NCBI GenBank assembly: GCA_040007795.1
Contig: JBDTUK010000121.1
Location: 756 to 64,755 of the forward strand
DNA length: 64,000 nt
Origin: Ferruginibacter sp.
Lineage (GTDB): Bacteria > Bacteroidota > Bacteroidia > Chitinophagales > Chitinophagaceae
Reading direction: 5' to 3'
Under the pieces are notes generated by a model, which was given only the letters and a program-made list of their open reading frames with translations, made no database searches and had not been told where the DNA came from. Positions 1 to 9,553 of the stretch are shown here, in pieces. A program made the position numbers and the translations under genes. Within the stretch, counting starts at the first letter, position 1; every line of letters begins with the position of its first letter.

Positions 1-108
1 ATAAAGATCCAGCCCGTTTAAGTCCAATATCCTATGAAAACCTAAAGGTGAAGTGAGTGCCGGTAAACTATACTTGTTACACAATACAATTATTGGTTTA
101 TATAATTT

Positions 109-678
109 TCAAACCGCTATCCTGCCAGGCATTCTTGTGTAAGCATGTATTCTTAATGCTTTATAATCCCTGGCCGTTACCCCGGTTACTTTTTTAAACT
201 GGGCAGAGAGGTGGGCAACGCTGCTGTATTTCATCTGGTGGGCTATTTCACTGAGAACCGCATTCTCTGAAATAAGCATTGATTTTACCTTTTCTATCTT
301 TTGTAAAATAATATAACGCTCTATACTTATCCCATTCTCCCGTGAGAACAGGTTAGACAGGTAGGTGTAACTATAATTTAATTTTTCGCTTAAGTAACAG
401 GAGAATTTAATAACCAAAGATTCATCGGGGTAATATATTGTTTCGAAAATGATCTTTTTTATTTTTTCAACGATCAGGCTTTTTTTACTACGAATTATTT
501 CAAGGCCCGTTTCTTTTAGTGCTGCATCCAGTTGCTTCAGTTTATAGTTTGGTAAATTCTCCCTGAGCATAATTTCACCAATGGTTATCTGCACTGCTTC
601 CAATCCCAAGTTTTCTAAAATAGTATTTACTACAATTTCGCAACGCTGGCAAACCATATTCTTAATATTAATGATCAT
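109..678 (-). CDS. AraC-family transcriptional regulator with N-terminal HMA-like CxxC domain
   Basis: Starts MIINIKNMVCQRC; C-terminal AraC HTH (LSEIAHQMKYSSVAHLSAQFKKVTG). Start moved to ATG at 678. Confidence 0.85.
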   Translation of the reverse strand: MIINIKNMVCQRCEIVVNTILENLGLEAVQITIGEIMLRENLPNYKLKQLDAALKETGLEIIRSKKSLIVEKIKKIIFETIYYPDESLVIKFSCYLSEKLNYSYTYLSNLFSRENGISIERYIILQKIEKVKSMLISENAVLSEIAHQMKYSSVAHLSAQFKKVTGVTARDYKALRIHAYTRMPGRIAV

Positions 679-996
679 ATAGTCGTTTTTATTTAGAAAA
701 TAATGATGCCAAAAATATTTGTTTAAAAATCGTGCCAAAAATAAACAACCGGGAAAATTTTTTATTTTTTTTAGGCTTATAGATACACAAAACAGGGGGC
801 ATCATTTATATTATATTATATTAAACAGCTTTATAAAAAATCTAATAGTCACAGTTTTGTAAAAAATATTTAACACGCAATAATTCACGAACTGAATTTA
901 TAACCCAGGCCCCATTTTTTCCCTGCATCCGCTCACCCCCTCATTAAAATTTTGGCACGATTTTGTTACTTCTTTGATGAACACAAAACAGATGGA

Positions 997-1200
997 ATGA
1001 AAAAGAAAACCAACAACACAGCAGGCAGCAAAACACAGGTTGTTTCTGCTAATGATTATTTACGCAGGGCAGGTAAAACCACCGCACAGCAATTCAATAC
1101 GGGTAAATACTACGGAAACAGCGGCAGGGGTTATGGCAATGATGGAAATGTGTATGGTGAGCATGAAGAGGATTTTTACAGCCATGCCATGAGTGCCTGA
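997..1200 (+). CDS. Small hypothetical protein
   Basis: ATG at 997 after an A-rich leader (MKKKTNN...); Gly/Asn/Tyr-rich; no recognised family. Confidence 0.45.
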   Translation: MKKKTNNTAGSKTQVVSANDYLRRAGKTTAQQFNTGKYYGNSGRGYGNDGNVYGEHEEDFYSHAMSA

Positions 1201-1374
1201 ATTACAGCCGGGCCTGTTTTATTTACACAATTATTTAAAAGATTTGCATAATTATTTTATGTGCAGGATGTTTTATAAGCTCTTCTTTTTTGAATTGATA
1301 CAAAACCCAACCTCCACTTTATTTATATTTATTCCGGGATATAATCGATAACTTCATCAATAAAATTAAACTTA

Positions 1375-1671
1375 ATGAACACTGATAAAAAAGCAGCACC
1401 CGTTGCGGAGGAAATGGATGCAGATATCAGCCCGGCAGAAAGGTCTTTACTGGATGAAAGTATTGAGAACAGTATGTCGGTTGATAACGATAACCTGAGA
1501 AGATCAGCACTGGACACAACCGATGCAGACGGCGACATGATAAATGAAGGCAGCGTTAATTTAACCGGTGAAGACCTGGACATTCCCGGCTCCGAACTGG
1601 ATAACGCAATGGAAGAGATCGGCGAAGAAGACGAAGAAAATAACGGGTATAGCGAAGCTGATACGGAATAG
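1375..1671 (+). CDS. Small highly acidic hypothetical protein
   Basis: 98 aa, D/E-rich; C-terminal LDIPGSELD...IGEEDEENNGYS resembles a conserved Bacteroidota small-protein motif. Confidence 0.7.
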   Translation: MNTDKKAAPVAEEMDADISPAERSLLDESIENSMSVDNDNLRRSALDTTDADGDMINEGSVNLTGEDLDIPGSELDNAMEEIGEEDEENNGYSEADTE

Positions 1672-1678
1672 CCAATGC

Positions 1679-2074
1679 TTACTCATTAAGCAGCAGAAGG
1701 ATCGGATCAAGTTCGTACATCTTTTCATCGAATGGTATTAATGATTTATTCTGGAGTACCGTACCCAATTTTCTGAAATCAAATTTCTCTTTGAATTTAT
1801 TATAGGTATTTTTTATCATGGTCTGCAGCTCATTCTTATCAATGATATCGGCCAGGTCTATTACATAGGAGTCGGCCGCTTCGTATTCCAGGATCGTTTT
1901 CTTTTCAAAAACAAATTCGCAGCTGAACCTGCAGGCGATCCCTTTTTTTGTGGGCGCTCTTTTCTTCATCACATCTAAAGTAATGTAGCTGGTCAATTGT
2001 TCTTCTGCCTCAATGGGGTTCACCGGCGGATGATATATCCATTTACTCACAACAAGGTCAGTTTGTTCTATCAT
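1679..2074 (-). CDS. Hypothetical protein
   Basis: 131-aa ORF of normal composition, convergent with the upstream gene. Confidence 0.65.
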   Translation of the reverse strand: MIEQTDLVVSKWIYHPPVNPIEAEEQLTSYITLDVMKKRAPTKKGIACRFSCEFVFEKKTILEYEAADSYVIDLADIIDKNELQTMIKNTYNKFKEKFDFRKLGTVLQNKSLIPFDEKMYELDPILLLLNE

Positions 2075-2172
2075 CTTTTTTGTTTCTGTTTAGCGTAGGT
2101 AAAGTAATGCAACCGCCATTGTACTGTATGTACACAAGGTACAATTTTCAAATCAGGGTAAAGGCGCAAGAG

Positions 2173-2254
2173 ATAGAAACACTGAAAACGCTGATTGATA
2201 CGGATGAAACGGATCGGTGAAAATCTGTTGTATCCGTGTCGTCCGTGTTTCTAT
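2173..2254. repeat. REP-like imperfect palindrome, copy 1 (ATAGAAAC...GTTTCTAT)
   Basis: Terminal inverted repeats with internal CGGAT/ATCCG units; near-identical to 3682-3764. Confidence 0.8.
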
Positions 2255-2378
2255 TTCCTGGTACAAAAAAGATTGGCCAATTACTCAGCCAATCTTTTTT
2301 CACGCCTGCCTGTTATCAAACCTGCGGGTCTTTTACCAGGCTACCTGTCTGCGTATGTATATATGGAGGTTCGTGTGT

Positions 2379-2966
2379 TTATTTTCGCCATAATGGTTTT
2401 TTGCCCGAAGGCCTTATGGAGCCCTTGCCGTTTGAAGAGAGGTGCAGCTTACTGTGCGGATCTCCCTTGGCTGTTGCTTTATTAAATACTGCCTTGTCAA
2501 ATGTTGTAACAGGGTCTTCTGTTTTAACCAGGGCCTCATTCAATCCATCACCCGGCACCATCATTTGCGGCCTGTCGGTACCATTGGTATCAGCCGCCTT
2601 TCCCACCAGTTCTTCCGGTATTTCAGAAATAACTGGAACCACTGCTGCAACAGGCTTTGCTGCTGGCCTGGCCTTTTTCACAGGTGCGGCTTTTTTCTTT
2701 ACAGCAACTTTAGCCTTTACAACTTTTACTGTGGCAGTTTTCTTCTTTGCAATAACTTTTGCAGGTGCTTTCTTTTTTGCTGCTACTTTTTTTGCCGGCG
2801 CTTTTTTCACTGCCGGTTTTTTGGTAATGGCTTTCTTAGCCACCACTTTCTTTTTTGTTGCGGTTTTTTTAGGCGCCGCTTTTTTTACTGTCTTCTTTGC
2901 TGTTGCTTTTTTTGCGATCGCTTTTTTAGGGGCAGCTTTTTTTGCCGGTTTAGTTTTTTTTGCCAT
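2379..2966 (-). CDS. Histone H1-like Lys/Ala-rich protein
   Basis: About 100-aa N-terminal region of KKAAPKK/KKATAKK repeats followed by a non-repetitive tail. Confidence 0.8.
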   Translation of the reverse strand: MAKKTKPAKKAAPKKAIAKKATAKKTVKKAAPKKTATKKKVVAKKAITKKPAVKKAPAKKVAAKKKAPAKVIAKKKTATVKVVKAKVAVKKKAAPVKKARPAAKPVAAVVPVISEIPEELVGKAADTNGTDRPQMMVPGDGLNEALVKTEDPVTTFDKAVFNKATAKGDPHSKLHLSSNGKGSIRPSGKKPLWRK

Positions 2967-3110
2967 TATTTAATTTTTAGAAAACGTTTGTGAAGAGAAT
3001 TATCAGTTTAAGATAACAATACCAAAACTGTGCCAGTACAAAAAAACGGGCTTGTATCAAACACAACTCTTCATTTTGTTTGCAAGGCATAAAACAACTA
3101 CCTTACTGCA

Positions 3111-3674
3111 ATGCTTGGTTTGATATGGAAATTTTACTGGAAATTATTTGGCTGGAAAGTTGTTGGCCGGTTTCCCTACCAATATAAAAAAATGGTGTTG
3201 GCCGTAGCGCCGCATACCAGCTGGAAAGATGTATTGGTTGGCTTTGCTGCCCGCCATGAATTAAAAATAACCCACGCAAAATTTTTAGGAAAGAAAGAAT
3301 TATTTGTGTGGCCCCTGGGCTGGATATTGCGAAAGCTGGGCGGCACACCGGTTGACCGCCATAGTAAACAGGGTATGGTAGAACAGGTAGTGGGCCTGTT
3401 TGATGCCAATGAAAATTTTTTACTGGGCATGGCGCCGGAAGGAACCCGTAAACGGGTGAATAAATTACGCAGCGGATTTTATCATATTGCAAAACAGGCA
3501 AGGGTACCCATACTTCCGATTGGTTTGGATTTTGAAAACAAAAGATTAGTAGTTGGGCAGGCTTTTTTTACCAGCGATGACGAAGCTGCTGATTTTAAAA
3601 AGATCATTGCATTTTATGCTGACATAAAAGGAAGAGAGCCTTCAGGAGATCTGCGACACCTTAAGGATGTTTAA
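3111..3674 (+). CDS. PlsC-like acyltransferase (1-acyl-sn-glycerol-3-phosphate acyltransferase family)
   Basis: PHTSWKD (HxxxxD) and APEGTR motifs. Confidence 0.9.
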   Translation: MLGLIWKFYWKLFGWKVVGRFPYQYKKMVLAVAPHTSWKDVLVGFAARHELKITHAKFLGKKELFVWPLGWILRKLGGTPVDRHSKQGMVEQVVGLFDANENFLLGMAPEGTRKRVNKLRSGFYHIAKQARVPILPIGLDFENKRLVVGQAFFTSDDEAADFKKIIAFYADIKGREPSGDLRHLKDV

Positions 3675-3681
3675 TAATTTT

Positions 3682-3764
3682 ATAGAAACACGGATAACGC
3701 TGATTGATCCGGATAAAACGGATCGGTGAAAAATCCGTTATTCCCGTGTCATCCGTGTTTCTAT
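3682..3764. repeat. REP-like imperfect palindrome, copy 2
   Basis: ATAGAAACACGGAT...ATCCGTGTTTCTAT between convergent genes. Confidence 0.85.
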
Positions 3765-3781
3765 TTTCTTTTTGCAACATT

Positions 3782-4246
3782 TTAATCACCTAACCGGCTG
3801 GCCATGCTATTACTCCCTACAATAACAGATACCAACTGGCGGCCATTAGGTAATTCGCTGGATGAATAATACAGTTTGAAAACATTGTCATTAGATTTTT
3901 TCAGGCCTACTATATCTTTTATGCTGCAGCTCATGCCGGTCATGGCATCGGCGGCATCACCATAGTGCCATTCTTTTACAATTTTATCCTGTTTGTCTTT
4001 AATGATAACGATCCTGTTTTTGCCCGGCCTGCCGCAATGGTAATAGCGGATGATCAATTTGTCACCGGGTGAACCGTCGTTAAGTTGCAGCGTTTTCAAT
4101 GTGTTCATGTCCTTGCCGTATTGCTGCAGCAGCACTTTTCCGTTGAGGGATATTTCAAAACCCTCTCCGCCAAAATTGGGCGAAAAAGAAAGAAGTGCTG
4201 CTGCAATTGCAACCAGCATCATGGCTTTACTAATGATCGATTTCAT
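3782..4246 (-). CDS. Exported hypothetical protein
   Basis: Hydrophobic N-terminus ending LLSFS, then GGEGFEISLN...YYHCG. Confidence 0.75.
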   Translation of the reverse strand: MKSIISKAMMLVAIAAALLSFSPNFGGEGFEISLNGKVLLQQYGKDMNTLKTLQLNDGSPGDKLIIRYYHCGRPGKNRIVIIKDKQDKIVKEWHYGDAADAMTGMSCSIKDIVGLKKSNDNVFKLYYSSSELPNGRQLVSVIVGSNSMASRLGD

Positions 4247-4384
4247 GGCTTTAATTTTTTATTAAGAAATAGAGAATTTGCATTTCCCTTTTATCAACAC
4301 AAAGGAAATGTTCCTGCATTCAGCATAAAAATCAGTTTGACGAAAGGGTGGGGATGCTTGATGAAAAGAAGTAAAACAGGATTA

Positions 4385-6814
4385 TTATCCATTACCCACT
4401 CTTTCCATTTCATCGCCTGCGCTGCCATTGGAACGTTTGATAGTTTTATAAGCTTTACCAAAACGGTAAGTAAACGACAGGTTAAAGACTCTGCTGTCCC
4501 GGCGAACAATAAAATATTCGGTTGCTTTTGCAAACTGGGTAAGGCCTTCCATCGCATTGGTGTAAAAAATATCCCGGGCACTGAATTTTAAAGTGCCTTT
4601 CTTTTTAAGTACCTGCCTGGATACGCCCAATGATAACTGGCCTGTTGGATATAATAATTCCTGCAGGTCATTTCTTGCCCTGCTGGTATAGAAGCCGGAA
4701 ATTTCTGCTGTATATTTTTTTGCAAAACTGAACTGGTTATTGATATTGATGTTTAACTGGTTGATATCTGATTTGAAATTTACATTGCCATTAAACCCTT
4801 TCAGTTCTTTATGGTTATAATTTGCCTGTGTTGTAAGTGTCCACCATTTAAATGGTGAAATTACCAGTGTAGAAGACAATCCAAAATTATGTGCCCGTCC
4901 TACATTTCCTTCAGAATAAAATAATATGCCTTTTGCAGTATCGGTTAAAAACAGTTGCGAAAAATAATTTTTGATGATGCTGTATGATACGGTGGTGGTC
5001 AGTATATTTTTATACTGGTGGCTCAGTTCAAGGTTCCAGCTGTATTGTGGTAAAAAGAAAGGGTTGCCTGTTTGGTAAGTATATTTATTAATGATGAAGG
5101 TAAATGGGTTTAGCTTTTGAAATGCCGGCCTGTCTATCCTTCTGCCTGCAGTAAATGTTAAGCTGTTGGAAGAATCAAGTTCATAACTGATATAACCACT
5201 TGGAAAAAGCCCGCTATAATTACGGGAGAACGCAGAATCTTTTTGTTGAACATTACCCAACTGGTTGGCATCATAACTTGTGTATTCATACCTTAAGCCG
5301 CCCTGCATGGAGAACCGTTTATGTTTTGTTTCAATACTGCTGTATAAAGCATGGATATTTTCCTTGTATAAAAAATGATTGCTCTTATTATAATCTTCTT
5401 TCCATACAGATCCATCAAAATTCTGGTAAGCCGCAATATTATCTGTGCTGATATGTGATGATTTCCATCCGGACTGCAGCGTATTATTCTTTCCAAAGCG
5501 AAGGGTATGATCGATCTTCCCGGAAACAATGTGAATGGCTGAAGGTATATTGCCACGGGATGCCTCCTGGTATCCTCCTGCAGCAAGCAGTTCATTATTA
5601 AAATGCTGTTCACTGCTGATGTCATAGTTCAGCCAGTCTATATCTGCTGCAAGGTCCTGCTTTGCAGAAATAGTATGCCTCAGATTAAAATTTACTGAAC
5701 CGCTTTTAAACCGGTTGTTACTGCTGCTCGTTGTTGAAATTGCAGAATCCACTGTATTAAATGCATTCAGCCAGGTGGCACCGGCATAGCCACTTCCTTT
5801 ACGGTGAACGGTTGTTCCGTTAAGCACAATACCTATTGTTGTTTTTGGGGTAACATAATAATCTATCCCTGTTTTTACTGTGTTATTAAAAAACGTTCCT
5901 GAAAAATAAGTTGGCTGATCAAGTATGGAAGTTAATGTGCCGTTGTTATCATAATATTTTCGCAGTGCATAAATATCGGTGTAGTATTTAACCATGTTCA
6001 TACTATAAGTAAGAAAAGTATTGAACCTACCTCTACGGTAATTCAATACCAGGCTGTTATTGTTCTTTGGATAAACACCCTGTCCCGCCAAAACGGTAAA
6101 AGAACCATTGAAACCCTTTACCTTATTCTTTTTTGTCTTGATGTTGATGACACCTGCGTTTCCGCTGGCATCGTATTTGGCAGGAGGGTTTGGCATCAGT
6201 TCTATTTGATCTACCTGCGATGAACTCATACTGCTTAATAAATTATTCAGGTCTGCCCCTGAGAGATAAGTTTGTTTATCATCTATCAAAACCAACACTC
6301 CTGTTTTGCCCTGTAAAGCAATACCTCCATTCCTGTCCACAGTTACTCCCGGTGATTTTTCCAAAACCTCCAGTACAGTAGAACCAACATTGGTAACTGC
6401 TGCATCAACATTCAGTATTGTCTTGCCCTGTTTATTTTGTATGAAGGGTTTCTTTGCCGTAACAATCACTTCCTGCAGGTTTTTGCCGGCTGGTGCTAAT
6501 ATCAAAGTGCCGGAATTTACTGCAGAAGGAATGTGATAGACCTCAGAAGTTTTTGGCTGATAGCCGCTAAGTGTAACAGAAAATATATAAGCCCCACCGG
6601 CAATTTTTTCAAAACGGGCTACTCCTTTGTGATCGGTAATGGCAACTTTAACCAGTTTATTATCTTTTAATAATTCCACCGTTGCTGCCTCTGCCGGCTG
6701 CGATCTTTCATTTAATACCATCAGTGTAAAACCAGGTATCTCTTTTGCTGCCTGCTGGCAATTGGCTGCAAATGCGGTAAGTAATAAAACAATTAAACAA
6801 TTTATCTTTTTCAT
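4385..6814 (-). CDS. TonB-dependent-receptor-like outer-membrane beta-barrel protein
   Basis: Signal peptide, CarboxypepD_reg-like domain, plug (VLEKSPGV...NPPAKYDASGNAGVINI), barrel ending LSFTYRFG. Confidence 0.9.
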   Translation of the reverse strand: MKKINCLIVLLLTAFAANCQQAAKEIPGFTLMVLNERSQPAEAATVELLKDNKLVKVAITDHKGVARFEKIAGGAYIFSVTLSGYQPKTSEVYHIPSAVNSGTLILAPAGKNLQEVIVTAKKPFIQNKQGKTILNVDAAVTNVGSTVLEVLEKSPGVTVDRNGGIALQGKTGVLVLIDDKQTYLSGADLNNLLSSMSSSQVDQIELMPNPPAKYDASGNAGVINIKTKKNKVKGFNGSFTVLAGQGVYPKNNNSLVLNYRRGRFNTFLTYSMNMVKYYTDIYALRKYYDNNGTLTSILDQPTYFSGTFFNNTVKTGIDYYVTPKTTIGIVLNGTTVHRKGSGYAGATWLNAFNTVDSAISTTSSSNNRFKSGSVNFNLRHTISAKQDLAADIDWLNYDISSEQHFNNELLAAGGYQEASRGNIPSAIHIVSGKIDHTLRFGKNNTLQSGWKSSHISTDNIAAYQNFDGSVWKEDYNKSNHFLYKENIHALYSSIETKHKRFSMQGGLRYEYTSYDANQLGNVQQKDSAFSRNYSGLFPSGYISYELDSSNSLTFTAGRRIDRPAFQKLNPFTFIINKYTYQTGNPFFLPQYSWNLELSHQYKNILTTTVSYSIIKNYFSQLFLTDTAKGILFYSEGNVGRAHNFGLSSTLVISPFKWWTLTTQANYNHKELKGFNGNVNFKSDINQLNININNQFSFAKKYTAEISGFYTSRARNDLQELLYPTGQLSLGVSRQVLKKKGTLKFSARDIFYTNAMEGLTQFAKATEYFIVRRDSRVFNLSFTYRFGKAYKTIKRSNGSAGDEMERVGNG

Positions 6815-6988
6815 GAGCCGCTAAATTAATTAAAGGGCCAAAGCTTACCGGTTCATTAATGTTAAGCGGCTATATGACAAATACAATGGCGGGCAGGTAT
6901 AAAAGGGATGGCACTTTTTTACATGGCATAGCCGGCAGCCTTAATTTTTATTTCCTATTTTCACTTTAACTAAAGCAGGAAGGATAAT

Positions 6989-8014
6989 ATGCCCATCATA
7001 CAAAGTATAACCCGGTTTTTTCAAGGTTCCTTGCTTCCATTCACTGTTATTGCCGGTATTAAACGGCAAAAAGAATTCATTCAGAAAAATATAGCCCCCC
7101 AACTGGAAGAAGCCAGGAAAACAGGAGACGGTAGCTTTGATGAAAACGATCTTAAAAAAATAACCGGTTATTATGGCCTGGCTGTTCCAGCTATTTTAGG
7201 AGAAGCTTTTTGTGCATTGCGTGGAGAGGGTATGACAGACAAAGAACGTATGGCCAGCACCTGCCAGGGTGGAATGACAGGCCTTGGTGATGACTTTTTT
7301 GATAAACAAAGATTATCGGAAGCGGAGTTGAAGGATTTTATTGAAAGGCCCGAATTGTTTAATGGCAATACTGCCAGTGAAAGATTATTTCTGAATTTTT
7401 ATAAGGCTGCATTAGCTAATGCACCACAGCCAACACAAATGCAGCAACAGATCTACCGGGTGTTTCATGCACAACTGCTCAGTAAGCAACAGGCTAACCC
7501 GGGTTTATCATACGAAGTAATTAAAGACATTACTTTGCGTAAAGGAGCTGAGTCGCTACTTTATTACAGAACGGTTTTTGAAAATCCATTTAAAAATGGA
7601 GAAGAAAAAATGGTGTATTGCCTTGGTGGTTTGATGCAACTGAGTAACGATATTTTTGATGTATATAAAGATCATAAGAATGGAATAAGCACTCTTGTTA
7701 CAACCGCAACAAAAATCAAGGAGTTGCGTTTTCTTTATTCAGCGCTGTTGAAAATTGGAACGGAAGCTGCATATAAATCGGGTTACCCTAAAAAAAATGT
7801 CAGGAAATTTATGGGTATTATTTCTATCGGCATTTTCAGTCGCTGTTATGTTTGCCTGGACCAGCTTGAAAAAAATGAAAAAAAATCGGGCAATGTGTTT
7901 GACCCAAAACAATACCAGCGAAAAGACCTGATATGCGATATGGATACGGCGGCTAATAAATGGAGATCGTTAAAATATCATTTGAGGATAGAAACACGGA
8001 TGACACGAATTTAG
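6989..8014 (+). CDS. Class I isoprenoid/terpene synthase-fold protein
   Basis: DDFFD (DDxxD) and QLSNDIFDVYKD second metal-binding motif. Confidence 0.65.
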   Translation: MPIIQSITRFFQGSLLPFTVIAGIKRQKEFIQKNIAPQLEEARKTGDGSFDENDLKKITGYYGLAVPAILGEAFCALRGEGMTDKERMASTCQGGMTGLGDDFFDKQRLSEAELKDFIERPELFNGNTASERLFLNFYKAALANAPQPTQMQQQIYRVFHAQLLSKQQANPGLSYEVIKDITLRKGAESLLYYRTVFENPFKNGEEKMVYCLGGLMQLSNDIFDVYKDHKNGISTLVTTATKIKELRFLYSALLKIGTEAAYKSGYPKKNVRKFMGIISIGIFSRCYVCLDQLEKNEKKSGNVFDPKQYQRKDLICDMDTAANKWRSLKYHLRIETRMTRI

Positions 8015-8071
8015 GCGGATATTCACTGATCAGTATTAAATCTGTTTTATCCGTGTCATCAGCGTTTCTAT
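7988..8071. repeat. REP-like imperfect palindrome, copy 3
   Basis: ATAGAAACACGGATGACACG...CGTGTCATCAGCGTTTCTAT; overlaps the last codons of the upstream CDS and abuts the recX stop. Confidence 0.8.
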
Positions 8072-8538
8072 TAAATTGTTTTTATCAGATTATTCACCAG
8101 GTTTGCCTCAAATCCTTTTTGCAATAATTGATCCTGTAGTTTTCTTTTCTTGATAAAAATATTCTTCTCTGTCTTTAATGTTTTTAATTTTTGATCAAAC
8201 AGTTTTTGTAATATTCGGTCGTAATCTGTTTCATTAATAACCGCCAATGCTTTTTTTATACAATACTCACTTACCTGCTTTTGTTTAAGGGAATATTTTA
8301 TTTTTATCCTGCCCCATTGTTTTATCCTGAATTTTCCTCCGGCATATTGAATCGCAAAGCGTTCTTCATTCAGGTAATTTTCTTCAATCAGCGTTGATAA
8401 TAATTCGTCCACATCCTTTTTGTGCAAGCCAAAGCTGTACAGCTTTTCTTTTACTTCGCTGTGGCAGCGTTCCTGGTAGGCACAATACTGCTTTGCTTTT
8501 TGTAATGCTTCGTCTACAGAAATATATTTGTTGTTCAT
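8071..8538 (-). CDS. recX: Regulatory protein RecX
   Basis: YCAYQERCHSEV, NYLNEERFA, WGRIKI, LLQKGFE motifs. Confidence 0.9.
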   Translation of the reverse strand: MNNKYISVDEALQKAKQYCAYQERCHSEVKEKLYSFGLHKKDVDELLSTLIEENYLNEERFAIQYAGGKFRIKQWGRIKIKYSLKQKQVSEYCIKKALAVINETDYDRILQKLFDQKLKTLKTEKNIFIKKRKLQDQLLQKGFEANLVNNLIKTI

Positions 8539-8562
8539 TCCAGGTCAAAAGTAAAATTAATA

Positions 8563-8630
8563 TTGCCACGGAAGCACAGAAACACGGAAAAATACAAATA
8601 CATTTCTGTGCTTCCGTGTCTCTGTGGCAA
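8563..8630. repeat. REP-like palindrome of a related family (TTGCCACGGAAGCACAGA...TCTGTGGCAA)
   Basis: Long imperfect inverted repeat built from CAC(A/G)GA units; downstream of the 8658-17020 operon. Confidence 0.75.
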
Positions 8631-8657
8631 ATCAATTGACCAGCGAAGCTGCCAACT

Positions 8658-9548
8658 CTAATTTTGTTTTTGGGGTTTCTTATTTTTATTGGGGTCTACA
8701 AAAAATATAAGCGGCTCACTCCTTGCCTCACCATTACCATCTGTTTGCGTTACCGGCACCCCGGCTTTGTCAAGCGATTGAATGGTCCATATGAATGTGG
8801 GAAGTTTTTTTGTTTCGTTATCAGCAGAAGTAGAAAATGATAATTGCGGTTGCCATATATATTGAGTTGCTGCAAATATTTCTTTGTCTAATAAAGGCTG
8901 GTTACTCCGCAATGCCTGCACAGGGCTTTGTGTTGGCAATACCTCAAACACCTGTAGGCGGTAAGTTACGGGTGATGTTTGCCGGGGCACAACCGGTGTC
9001 CACCTGAAAGTAATTGCTGTTTGTGCCATTTTTTCATCCAGCACTTCCTCATTATATGGTTTCATTAAAATAGGTAGCTGTGTGGTAGCCAGGTAAAAGT
9101 TTTTGCATTGCACTTCGCCCATTGGTGCATAATCAGCCGGGCGAACCGGCTGTACACAAAGCGTATAATTATCGGCTGGCAGTTTACCCGTTCTTTGTAA
9201 AGATGTTTTGTATTTGCCGGTAAACATGATAAATTCCAAAGGCATAGCATCATTGGCAAATAAAATGGTTGTGCCGTTTGGGTTACTTGTAAAAATTGTT
9301 GTTTTAGACAGATCGGCAGAACCAATAACTGTACCGTCCAGTGTTTTAATTTCTGTTTTTAATTTAAACTGTCCGGCTACTGCCCCGGGGGCACTTAAAA
9401 TTAATCTAAGCACTTCTCCCCGGTTGCCCCATTCGCTTAATTGTGCAGGGGGCTGTGCAGCTAATATCAGGTTGGAATTTATTTGAATTTGAGCTGTTAC
9501 TGTTGATAAAATAAATGCCGTTATGATTAAAGAAGTTATTTTTTTCAT
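8658..9548 (-). CDS. Exported protein with TANFOR-like/FnIII-like domain
   Basis: Signal peptide MKKITSLII...VTAQ; FRWTP...YRLQVFE...QALRSNQP domain homologous to the repeats in 14456-17020. Start moved to 9548. Confidence 0.7.
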   Translation of the reverse strand: MKKITSLIITAFILSTVTAQIQINSNLILAAQPPAQLSEWGNRGEVLRLILSAPGAVAGQFKLKTEIKTLDGTVIGSADLSKTTIFTSNPNGTTILFANDAMPLEFIMFTGKYKTSLQRTGKLPADNYTLCVQPVRPADYAPMGEVQCKNFYLATTQLPILMKPYNEEVLDEKMAQTAITFRWTPVVPRQTSPVTYRLQVFEVLPTQSPVQALRSNQPLLDKEIFAATQYIWQPQLSFSTSADNETKKLPTFIWTIQSLDKAGVPVTQTDGNGEARSEPLIFFVDPNKNKKPQKQN

Positions 9549-9553
9549 CCTGT

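Noticed and set aside
2195-2993. Long plus-strand ORFs (245 aa, 183 aa, 96 aa) rich in F/A/C
   Set aside because: Antisense shadows of the low-complexity Lys/Ala histone-like gene and the adjacent repeat.
2173-8630. Repeats considered as a CRISPR array or IS ends
   Set aside because: Dispersed single palindromes with no repeat-spacer periodicity, no cas genes and no transposase.
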